A stretch of 64,000 bases of DNA from Saccostrea echinata (lineage: Eukaryota). The notes below the pieces were generated by a model. It saw nothing but the letters and a program-made list of their open reading frames with translations. It was not told where the DNA came from and did no database searches. The position numbers were made by a program, and so were the translations under genes. Positions 37,101 through 49,100 of this stretch are shown piece by piece. The stretch covers positions 8,804,001 to 8,868,000 of the forward strand of contig NW_026889801.1 of NCBI RefSeq assembly GCF_033153115.1, written 5' to 3'. The stretch's first letter is position 1; every line of letters starts with the position of its first letter.

Positions 37101-40100
37101 ATGCCTGATAACACTACTAACAACAGTATTTTGAATTATTTCAGGGAGGGGAGGGGGGAGGGGTAGTAAAGAAAGATACCGTGGCGGGAATTTCTGATAA
37201 CTTATAATTTTATGGTATCATCCAGTTGGGTTTACATGTAATTAAATCATATACATGTAAATACATGTAGGGGCACTATCTAGAGCGTTAAAAGCTTTTC
37301 AGCAACATCCCAAATAATTTACAGCCTTTATGACGTCACAACTGACGTATTACTAGTAACGTCATACATAATGACCTAGTCATAGTAAAAACCACAAAGT
37401 TTTTCCAGACATTTATTTCAGAAAATGTATGTAGTTGACTATTTTTCACATTTAGCGTTTTAAATGAACAATTTACTGATTTTCTAACATATTTTGTGAA
37501 ATTTATATTTTTTTATTATTACATGAATTGAATGTAAACGATTGATCTACAAATTAAGGATTATTTGATCCATCAAAATTTAAATATAAAATCAAATTTC
37601 ATATTGGCCACAGCCACGAACAACAACGATATTAAACATAAAAATTTATATCGGTAATATCTATATCTATGGGAAGTATAAAAGTTGTTCTTGACTGTGG
37701 CCACTATGAGGCGCCGTTTTGGTATTTACTGCCAAAAAGTGATATCACCTATTCGAATAAGTGATATCACCTATTCGAATAGGTGATATCACCTATTCGA
37801 ATAGGTGATATCACTCATTCAAATTGAATAGGTGATATCACCTATTCGAATAGGTGATATCACCTATTCGAATAGGTGATATCACTTATTCGAATAGGTG
37901 ATATCACCTATTCGAATAGGTGATATCACCTATTCGAAATGAATAGGTGATATCACCTATTCGAATAGGTGATATCACCTATTCGTGCTGAATAGGTGAT
38001 ATCACCTATTCAAATAAGTGATATCACCTATTCGAATAAGTGATATCACCTATTCAATTTGAATGAGTGATATCACCTATTCGAATAGGTGATATCACTT
38101 ATTCGCATTTCTTACAACAACAAATAATGAATGCTCCCTTCCTCAAGATTATCTAGATTTTCATTGGAACCAAGCAAATTCGGGCTGCGTTAGGGTCTGT
38201 AAGTCTCGTCACGTGACTCGCGAGATTTTTCGATAATATTAACTTCCAGGTACCTCACACATGGAGATGTGTATTGGGTTAAGCATGTTTATCAGTCTAG
38301 ACGAACTCCAAAAACAGCGTTTCCGGAAGTAAGAAATTGAGACTGAAAAAGACTCCGAAAATCGAGTCCGCGCATGCGCACACACACAAAAAATGGCGAT
38401 TTTTCGGCAAAAATGATGGGTCTACAAAAACTGTCCGTGCAAAGTTTTGGAAAGTATGGCAATTATATCAGTACTCAGAAATGCTAAATAAAAGACTTCG
38501 GAAGAGATCGTATTTGTCAGATTTTTGATTTTATTTGCAAAAAAGGAGATATTTACTTTCAAAGTTAACGTTTCAAGTCAGATCAATTACAGAGAAAATT
38601 ATACGTTTTGAGAAGTAAATATGCATAATAAAAGGGATATATATGCAAAATGGGACAATATATATTGTAACTGTTAAAAACTTGACTGAATTTTACACAT
38701 AAATTAGCATTCTGGTTTTTTATTTGTGTACGACATCTGAATTGAACGCGTAAGTTTTTACCATCGTCATTTACTGATATACGAACATATATTATTATGA
38801 AAACATTTTTAAAACTATTATCTATCAATATGAAGACTTTAAAAACCACTCTTTTGGATATATTAAGGGCACAACATGTCTTCTAAAAATGAACCCGTTA
38901 ATATCTCTGCTCCGTGGTGAAAAATGCGCATTTTCTGATTAAAATGAATACAAGTTGCGTGTCTTCAAAAACAAATAAAATTAAGCACCTTTATTGTAGG
39001 AACGACATAAAATTTAAATCAAGGAGACAATAAATTAAATAAGAAAATATTTCTTACCGGCAGTATTAAATTCGATGTCGTATATCCAATTCACTATTAT
39101 GCAAGAGTTTGAAGCAATAAATAAGTCAATTTTCACAAAATAATTTAATAAATGCAATTATCCATTCAACAAAAAATAAAATAAAGTAATAATGCACTAA
39201 ATCCACAATTATGCAGCCGTATATTTGGAGAAAGCGAACGACAATCCATCGTTTGTTTATATCGGACGCCATTTTGCCGCAATGCATGATGGAGCCAAAG
39301 ACTTCGTTTTCGGAGTTCACGCTGTTTTTGGAGTTCGTCTAGACTGTTTATGGTTTACACAAAGCGTATAAGGAAAGTTTAAGCAGTTGTACAAAGCCGG
39401 AGGGTTCTCCGACTTACGATGGATAAATTGAGGGTCGTAAAAGCTTGGGTGCGAGCAAGTAGGAGGAGAATTTCGATCGAAGTACAGGTAAACAAGTCAG
39501 AGAATGTCACCTGCTTCTTGGGTATTCTTGGGTGAAATAGAAGTCTTATATTATACATTTGTATCTGAATAGAATAGTTTTGTTATCATCATTCCAACTA
39601 ATTTATTAACAGATTTTTCTTGAATTCGAGGATAATGATGTTATTACCAGCTGATTAAGGAGGAGTAGTGTAAGTGTCAGATGGGTACGAACGTCATCTT
39701 GTGACAGCATCACCTTTGTTTGGGTAAATAATTTGTTCAGAATACGCTTCATTTATCAACAAAAATTTAGCTGTTGCATGTCAGTAGGTCTAGTTTTTTA
39801 AGTATTCAATGTTTGAAAGCACTTATCAGGTCCAGTACAATCTTTTGATTTAGCTATATATATAGCTTTATTAAGCTGTTCAGAATAGCTTAATTTAGCT
39901 ATTTTATCACACTTTTTCTTAAATGTATACTTTTCTCAGCATGCACAAAAAGTCGCACCTTGCATAGGCACTCCCCAGCTTAATTGTTAAAAAATATATA
40001 TCTACTATACTATAAAGATAGTATAGTAGATATATATTTTTTAACAATTAAGCTGGGGAGTGCCTATGGCACCTTGGTGCAGTGATGATACTCAACCTTG

Positions 40101-43100
40101 AACTCATCTGAAATTGATGCTTTTAAAACTCACTCATTAAAATCTCCTTGCATACATGTGATAATTTTTAGGCCCAAATACTGTACAGCAGTCCTCAAAA
40201 TACAGGAATTTGGGTGAAAATGCTGTACATTGTTCATCAAAACTAAACAAAAAACTGTAAAAAAAAAATATTGACCAAAAGTCAATGTAAGAGGTTCATT
40301 TTTTAAGCTCTTCAGAGCCAAAGGCCCAAAGAGCTAATGCTATGGCCATTTGTGCGGTGTGCGTAAACTTTTTAGAATATGGGCCATAACTCAAGAACCC
40401 TTTGGCCAATTATTGTCAAATTTGTCACAGGGTATCCTTGGGCCAAGGGCTTCCGTTTATACTAAAACTAGGGTTGTGACCCTTAAACAAGTGGAGATAA
40501 TTAGGAAAATAGAAACAAAAGAGACTTTGTACTCTAAGTTCTAAAAGTTTTTGGGCTACATATGCAATTGATACAGATACTTCTTCAATGAATTTATAAA
40601 GGAGGCCAATTATGGTCAACAAGATAATTGATTAATTCAGTACATTCAATGAGAAGCAATCATACTTATCCATGCCTCAATGCACACAAGATAGTGGACA
40701 GTTACTCAAATAATAGAAATTTATCTTTTGCTTAAAAGTAATCAAAAGTTGCAAAGTTGGAGCTATTGATTTTGCTTGTTGTTTCGATAGCCCATAGCAC
40801 ATATATGAATAGTCAAATACATGCAACTTTTTGTCTATTTCTTACCAAAATAATTTTGGTGAAAAACTGCATATAAATAGCTAAATCAAGCTATTTTGAA
40901 TAGCTTAATAAAGCTAAATGGCTATTTCAAGCTATATAGCTAAATTAAGAGATTGTACTAGACCTGCTTATTTCCCAATCCCAACGATAAAACTTTCTTT
41001 ATATATTCTGCAAATTCTCTCTGCATCTATCATTGAACAAAATTCATATGACTGCAATTATATGACCATATTCTTCAGTTTAGAGAGCATGTTATAGAGG
41101 ATATTTTGGTTAAAGTTCTGGTCTGTTTCATGCAGTGTTTGAAATATTCTTTCATCTTACACAATTGTATACATTAAGATTTATTTTATAGCTAAAGTAC
41201 AAGAGAACTGCAGCATCTAAGACTACATGTACATCGACTTTGAATAATCTACCCGGTATATCCTCAAAAAGGCAACTCAAATACAGGTATGAAATTGATG
41301 TCACAAAATAAGTTTTTGGACTTACATTTACTCTTATAATTCATATACATATAAAGCATATAAAAAATAAAAATAGAAAAGATCGAATTAAAGGTTCATC
41401 AGGTGACAGCTCAATCATGTATGGAATATTATTAGGCCAAATAAAAAATATGTGTGGTTCCCAGTACCTGACCGTCTCTATTTTAGATCCCCGACCCTAA
41501 ACTTTTTTTCGGCAATATTCATATTTATTTTCCAGAATTTTCCACGATTTCCGTCATCCACTTCGGTATTAGTTTTAGTTCCAGCAATGGCAGCCTCCAT
41601 GCAAAAATCGTTTCAACATGTAGTGCAAGTGTTTGATGGTGTTAAATCTAAAGCAAGCTAGCATGGCGTGGCAATATACCTTTTTCCAGCGCCATGTTTT
41701 TTTGTTTGTTTGTTTTTTGGTTGCCAAAATTAAATAAATATGCCCAAGAGTGGCGAGATTCAGTTAGTTGCTCTGTTTACAGCTGGTTTATAACAAGTGC
41801 ATGCTGATTAGCCCCTTTATTATTTAATGCAAGCAAAGGTGTGAAGTCAGGATAGGAAATCACTTCTCGCTTGAAAGCACACATACAGCTGGCCAGGTAA
41901 CGTTTTTTGGAGTTAGGGGGAAGATAACATGAGAAAACATTTATTTGATTGCATTGATTACGCAAGAATTAGCCCAATGTGTAAGATAGATTAACTTGTA
42001 AACTATTAAATAATTTATATCAGGATCATTTCTTTTAAACCGAAAGTAGAAAAAAAAACAGTTCATGAGGAAAAGTGAAAAAGAAGACTGCTGATTTTAC
42101 ATGAATAAAGTCAACTTGCAAAACACCAATACATATGAGAAATGAGCTTGGAAGTATGAAGTCTTCAATGAGGCAAAAAGGTTTCATAAAAGGATTTAAA
42201 ATTTTAATAATATTAAATATTTGTAATTCTGACAAATTTGAATGATTCTATGTCATCTTGCTTAGGTGATTTATTTTGTTTTAAACATTACTGTACAAAG
42301 TGTAGGTGTCACATTCTTTTCCTCCGACAGCTCTTAGCAGAACTCTCATGTCCGTTTTCTAGTTTATAGTTCAGAATTTATTATTAAGTAAAATAAGAAC
42401 TGTTCTGGATAAAAGTAATTAATTAATTTCATTTATAAACACTGATTTTAAAAAAATGATGTTCACTTTGGACTTTATTTTTTACAAAAAGAAAAGATTG
42501 TGTTTTCATTATTTTTGATTTAAAAATATTTGTTTCATATTCATAACTAGGGTGCCCCCTGCCAATGTTGACTAGTATATTTAACACCACATCAAAATGC
42601 CACTTATTTTCTCCTTCACTCTGTTCATCCACAAATAAAACATTTCTTTTCTGAACCATAGTTGGAAAAGACTGAATTCAAAATAAACAAAACATTTATT
42701 AGTTATGAGTTATATACTCAGCTCTTCACAAAATATTTCTGATTTTTCGCATTCTATAATGTACAATTTTAGATTTTATATACCTGTATAAAGACTTCCG
42801 CAGCAGATTCCGATAGAGAAATCATGATCTATATTTAAGATTTAATGTATAATGCTTAAGATATCCATTAATTTTACTTATAATATACAATTCTGAAATT
42901 AATATCGTCCTTTAAAAACAAGGATAGCACATATCATCTTCGTAAACACTTAACATTCTAAAAAAAGAAAATATAATATCCAAATAACAGTTAAATAATT
43001 CAATTTGCTCATGCTGGTTTTCTTCAAACATTGTATTTTCTAGATGAGTATGAACTCGAATGAATAGAATCGGCAAACAACTGTTTAAATACCCAAGACA

Positions 43101-46100
43101 TTTTATTCACACATTAAAGCACATATCTAATCCATATGCTTAAGAGAAAACATATCTAACACTCTACACATAAAGTAGTTCACTTATGCTAATGAAAAGA
43201 AATAGGTATTATTTAGAAAAATTTAGAAAATCATTTTGTACAAAAAAAAAAAAAAAAAAAAAAAATCCCTACCTACCCTATTTTTTTGGAGGTGTAACCG
43301 GAACCACACATATTTTTTTGTTTGGTCTTAATGCTGAGTTTCCAAATGCAAAATTGAGGATATTCGATATATTCCATACAAGTTGTCAATCATTTATTAG
43401 TGATTTATACAGAGGTTCATTTGCATATAAATGTTGATAACATTGTTTTACTGTCTTTATTAACTTGTAATACTAAATTTTATGAATTGACAAATTCATT
43501 CTTTTTAGAAAGTGCATATAATTTGGAAAAGAGACCATCAATCCACTGGGGGGTATCGCATGAAAGCAATGATTATAGAATATTGTAAGGCTGGAGGAGT
43601 TATAGTACAACAGGCAGGCAAGTAATGGTACTTTGTTCTGGAAATTTTTCGCCCCAGTTTTATTTTTCTCATTCTGCCCTCCTTACAAGTAGGTGAATTT
43701 AAAACGGGACAGATTCGAAGAAGGCAGCATATATCTTTTAAACACAAATGTGTCTGATCAAATTTGAAAAGGGCAAAATTGTTTTCAAGGGTGAAAGAGT
43801 GAATATTTTAAAAATTAGAATGGGGTGAAAATATCCAATAATACAGGTTATATGTATTAACACAGTACATATGCATTTCTCTTTTCTTTATAATGAAAAT
43901 AATTTGTTCTGTAAAAGGACAAATTTTGTTCTGATTTGTATCAAATAAATAAATATGTGCCAGATTTATTATTTTGCAGGCACCTAAGTTACCATCAGTT
44001 GTGTGTCAAGCTGTGCAAAAATTCTATGTCATGTTACAGAATCTTTCTTAAATACAGGTATATGTCTGCTCATCTGGCAATCTTAGGACATCACTGGATG
44101 GTTTTGTTTAAAAAGATTACAGAGTTAACACACACTTCCAGCATGAAGACCAGCCAGTTGCCTCACCTGTCCTGACATTGTTAAAGGTAAATGGTCCTTT
44201 CAGAAAAGGATCTGACAATGCAAAGGCTTGCTAATCAATTAAAGATTTCTATTTACTAATAGGTAATTAATTTGAATTTCTGTAGCTTAAAAATTTAATG
44301 ATATGAATTTAAAAAAAATATTTTAATCAAAATTATTTTTATTTCAGTACTTTGTGACCAGTGAAAAGACATGGCTTTAAATTACTGTATCAGAGATCAA
44401 TCCAGGTTATAAATCTGAGGAAAACAATAAAGCATCCACTTCGAGCTACTTATATCACTGCCTTAATAAGATGTCTGCATGTGTAACTAACAAAGGACAG
44501 TGACCAGTTGTAGCTATGATATCAGAGGGCATCCTGAAAAACACTCATCACTAAGAATAGAAAACTTCAAATGACTTTTGTATCAATCCTTTTGAATTTC
44601 ATCTGGCTTGGAATTTCAGTAGCCTTTAGCATCCTTCAAGCATTTCATGAAGTACATGTACCAATTTGCAGGCATAAAATGTTTGAAACAGATTGCTTGT
44701 CCCAAATAAAAAAAAAAATAATTTCTCTGCCAATTAACAGTGTCATAAGCAGTTGATTGATATCACAGTTCCACTGGCATAGTATTTGTGGTTGAATGGT
44801 GCCATTTTTAAGAAAACTTTTCACAAAAACCTGGAAAACATCAGATGGAAAGGAGCATCTACAAGAAAAACAGTTAACACTTTCTTGAATATTAACAATG
44901 ATATATCATGCCCATTTACATCCTTTATATAAACTAATTAACCTAATCATAGAGAATTATGTACGAATTTGTCCTTTTGTGTATTTATAGTGTATTAAAT
45001 TGATTTTACTAATTTATAAATATTTATGTTTTTCACAGTCATTAACATTTACAAATAGAAGTACATATAACATAAAAATATTACATGTTTAGTACGATAA
45101 CGTGAAATTGTTATACCACAAAAACCATCGCTAACCTCACCTCGGTCAGCAATGGTTTTTAAGGGGTAAGAATTTTACATCACCCAAAATAAACAAGTAA
45201 TATTTTTCTTGTCATAAAATGCATTTTAAAGAAAACATCAAGGTGAAACGAATATGCAAACTTTCTGCACAGTTAACATTTTTTATTACTGTATATACTG
45301 TTACCCGTAGTCATGCATTTTCAACCATTTGGGATGTAATGTTTGGCATACAGTATGGTAATAGTACTTGTTAACAAATGTTTTTTAAACCAATCAAATT
45401 TGACTATTTAACATGAAAGTGTATCATAACAAATTTATCTAGCATAATGGTGCTGTAAGTAACCATGGAATGTGAGCTTGTGTGAACTTGATCCTGAATT
45501 ATTAAGTTTTGATATTGTAAAAAAGAATTGTGCAGCCTAAACTTTAACTTCTACCTGATTTAAATGGAGTTCCGTCATTAACAGGTTGGAAGTTGTCACA
45601 CTCTTCATGAGTATAATAACTGGGGGATCTGCTTCATTTGCAGATACATGGATAACACATTCACTCAAAGCACTGTCCCTTTTTCAGTACCTTGTGCAGC
45701 CCTGTAATATATAATGACAAATGGAGAAAAATGCCTATTTCAAGAAAAAAAGTCTGTCTCATAATTGTAGGAGTATTGGCAAAGGGGTTTGTATGTGTAA
45801 ATGAAAAAAATGTCTTCTTCTTTGTAGAATAAAAAATGATTATTTTTTGAGTGTGTGTGACCATTTTTATTTCCGAATAGACAGGGCAGCTTATAGCCTA
45901 CAGAATGAGCTGACCATTTTTGTTTATTGTAGTAATTAAAAAAAAAAAGAATGTGTTTTCTACAAAGATCATATGTTATAGACGTGGTATTCAATTTTGT
46001 ATTCCCATGGTCGATGCATTTGGGTACATCTATTTTTTTATTTGCTTTCAATGACATCGCATTCAATATCCCAAACTCATGTATACCTGTCCAATACTCC

Positions 46101-49100
46101 AAATTATACCACTGTAAGCTAAGTCAATGCTTTAAATTTATGAAACCAATCTGTAGATAAGCGTACCTTTTGAATACAGGCGATTTTAGCATAAAAACGA
46201 TTTAATTTTCCCTTTTTGCTTAAGTATGTTGGCTAATCTTGGCCCCCTCGGAATAGCTTGTGTTTGCGTTATGTAATGAAAAAATAAAGCAATTAAACGC
46301 TATTTACCTGCATCTATCAATCCACTTTCTCCTCTTCTTTGCAACAATCGGGGATCAAAACAAACTACAAGTTTAATAATTCCACTGCGATGCTTACAAC
46401 TTAAGTAATCCATTGTCTCCAAGAACGCTCAGGTACCCGGGAGTTATAAAACGAAAGTGAAAGTCAACGAGACTTACAGACCCTTTGAATTTTCCTATAG
46501 TATACATGATAGATAAGTGTAATAAATATAATTTGTGAGCAAAACAAACAACAAATTCTACTGGGGTGCTTAAAACTAAATGCGAAGCTGTAATCCATTG
46601 TCTGCAAGAATGGTAAGTTATAAAACGAAAGTGAAAGTAAATGAGACTTAAAGCTATAGTCTTGGGAGCAGTTGTTATTTCATAAATAGTTTGAATAGGT
46701 GATATCACCTATTCAAATAAGTGATATCACCTATTCAAAATGATTAAGTGATATCACCTATTCGAATAAGTGATATCACCTATTCGAATAGGTGATATCA
46801 CCTATTTGATTTGAATAGGTGATATCACCTATTCGAATAAGTGATATCACCTATTCAAAAGGAATAAGTGATATCACCTATTTGAATGGGTGATATCACC
46901 TATTCAAATAGGTGATATCACCTATTCGAATAAGTGATATCACCTATTCGAATAGGTGATATCACCAATTCAAATCGAATAGGTGATATCACCTATTCGA
47001 ATAGGTGATATCACTTATTCGAATAGGTGATATCACCTATTCGAATAGGTGATATCACCTATTCAGAAGCTGAATAGGTGATATCACTTATTCGAATAGG
47101 TGATATCACCAATTGAATAGGTGATATCACCTATTCGAATTGGTGATATCACTTTTTGGCAGTAAATACCAAAACGGCGCCTCATAGGCCACATCTAACT
47201 TTGGGAAAATCTGTCGAAAAAACGGCATTTTTTAACGTTTTTATGAAACCGTCGCATTTTCCAACCGTCGCACGTGTTTAATGGCGCATTATATAACGAT
47301 ATAAGTTATGTATGGAAAAGAAGGATGTTGTCCTCTAATATTTAAGGTATAGTACTCTTCTTGAACCGAAACTTTATTTTTGTGAAAAACACAGGGCCAA
47401 ATATGATGGTTCGTGGCTTTAGCTCTTTCTGAATCCTCCAACATTTTTTTTTTTTTTTTGAAGTGGATAGATCCTCCCCCACCTCCCTTTTGAAAAAAAA
47501 ATCTTCGTTCTGCCATATAAAGGAGTGATATGAAATCATCAACAACACAAGTTACAGAAAAAAAATAAAATTAACAAGATACTGATATTTGAGATACCAA
47601 ACAAACTTAACGTAAATACTAACCTTGGTGAGTGTTCCTTTAGATGCTTGACTAAAGACTGGACAAAAAAGGATCCCTCCCTCTCATCCCTCATAGACAT
47701 ATACCCAGACATGGTGGAGTGTGCAATCAGAAAATCCGCCTCAGCTGACGCAAGATCCAGCTGAGGCATTCCACCAAGTGAGGACACAGGCTGGAACCCA
47801 AGGTTACTTGGAGGGCTTCCAGTGGCCATGTTCAGGGATGGATGCCTCCTTTGAATAGAAGAAAAGTAGGAAAGAAAGGGATTAAGGTTACTCATCTGGG
47901 ATGGTGAAGGCATCCTGAGTGTTGGACCAGGTTCAGAGACCTCAGATGCTTCTGTCCCATTTGGAGGTAATCTGATAATGTCAGACTCTACTGGGGTGGC
48001 TATAGGTGTTCTATGCCAAACTGTCAAAGAAAAACAAGGAATTTATACAGTCAAACCATGTTGTTTCTAACTTAATGGGACCGAAAAAACAAAAACTTTG
48101 AGATACATGCATAATTATGTACGGATTTATGATATCGAGGTTAAAATACACAGTGTTGGGACATCCATCTCATTCTGAAAATGCAGGGAATTTAAGATAT
48201 CATTAATGTTGAAGATATCAATTTCAATAGCTGCAATAATGTAGCCCTCTCCGATTTTTTTTTATCTGATATTTTCTGGAGAGGCAATAATGTAGCCCTC
48301 TCCGATTTTTTTTTTATCTGATATTTTCTGGAGAGGGCTACAATTCCACAGCATCTCTGTAATGAGTGCGGGACGGTTCACCCCTAAAGACCATTCGCGC
48401 TGAGACGTTTCGCCCTCAGACGGTTCGCGCCGAAGATCAATTAAATTAATTATGTGGCAATTATCACTTGTTAACAGCAATTATTAAATTCTTAATAACT
48501 TTTGCATTGTGTTATTTCAATCCAATCCATTGGTTCAATCAATAAAACCAATTTATATGGGATAAACTAAAGACTCAATTGACTTACTAAAGACTTGACA
48601 TACTGAAGACCTGATTGAGATAATTTTGCCTGTATGGGGGTAATATTGATAACAGATGATGCTTACCAAAATACACTTTTAGAGAATAAAAACTGAGAAT
48701 TTATCTCTATATCATGCTATATACCCCCCCCCCCCCCAGCCCATAACCATACTAAAAAAAAATTTAAAGAAATTGTCAGACCTGATTTTTTTTCTATGAA
48801 TTCCTGTTACTTAAAAAAAAGTAATTTCTAAATGACCTGATATTTTTATATGACGTGAGACAACAGCAACTCGTGATTATTTTAATGACATGATGAATTT
48901 TAAAAAATGATCTATTTTGGTATAACAGACATAGAAATAAATTAAGGTATGTCACTTGTGAAATTAGTTATATTAAAGATTTTTTGGAGAAGTATATTTT
49001 TGATAAGTACTTATATAGCATTACTCAAAATCGCAAAGAAAACTGGAGTTAGTGTGCATCCTATAGAGCAACGGTAAAATGAACTTGACCTTTTTGCACT

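Larger units (their letters stand above)
39827..40966. mobile_element. Nested non-autonomous TIR element (CAGG..CCTG) with 5-bp TSD CTTAT and TAGCT-rich subterminal repeats
   Basis: CAGGTCCAGTACAATCTTTTGATTTAGCTATA pairs with TATAGCTAAATTAAGAGATTGTACTAGACCTG; CTTAT at 39822-39826 and 40967-40971. Confidence 0.8.
37705..47186. mobile_element. 9.5-kb TIR DNA transposon, IS3EU-type (TAT..ATA termini, 6-bp TSD), no intact transposase ORF seen
   Basis: Perfect 34-bp terminal inverted repeat TATGAGGCGCCGTTTTGGTATTTACTGCCAAAAA at 37705-37738 and 47153-47186, followed inward by palindromic arrays. TSD GGCCAC at 37699-37704 and 47187-47192. Confidence 0.85.

Noticed and set aside
37702-37711. CACTA (EnSpm) terminus
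   Set aside because: The right end does not finish in TAGTG; CAC belongs to the 6-bp TSD GGCCAC.
37739-38105. CRISPR-like palindromic repeat array (also 46693-47152)
   Set aside because: Units are contiguous with no 25-45-bp unique spacers, there are no cas genes, the context is a eukaryotic intron, and the arrays are bounded by transposon TIRs and a TSD.
39600-41160. Decayed coding-like stretches inside the IS3EU-type element
   Set aside because: Short minus-strand open stretches interrupted by stops and MITEs; no transposase motif I could recognise by eye. A TBLASTN/HMM search after removing nested elements is needed.
47985-48000. IAP-binding motif ATPV in the caspase linker (like caspase-9 ATPF)
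   Set aside because: It is preceded by Ile rather than Asp and lies N-terminal to the VESD site, so caspase processing would not expose it.
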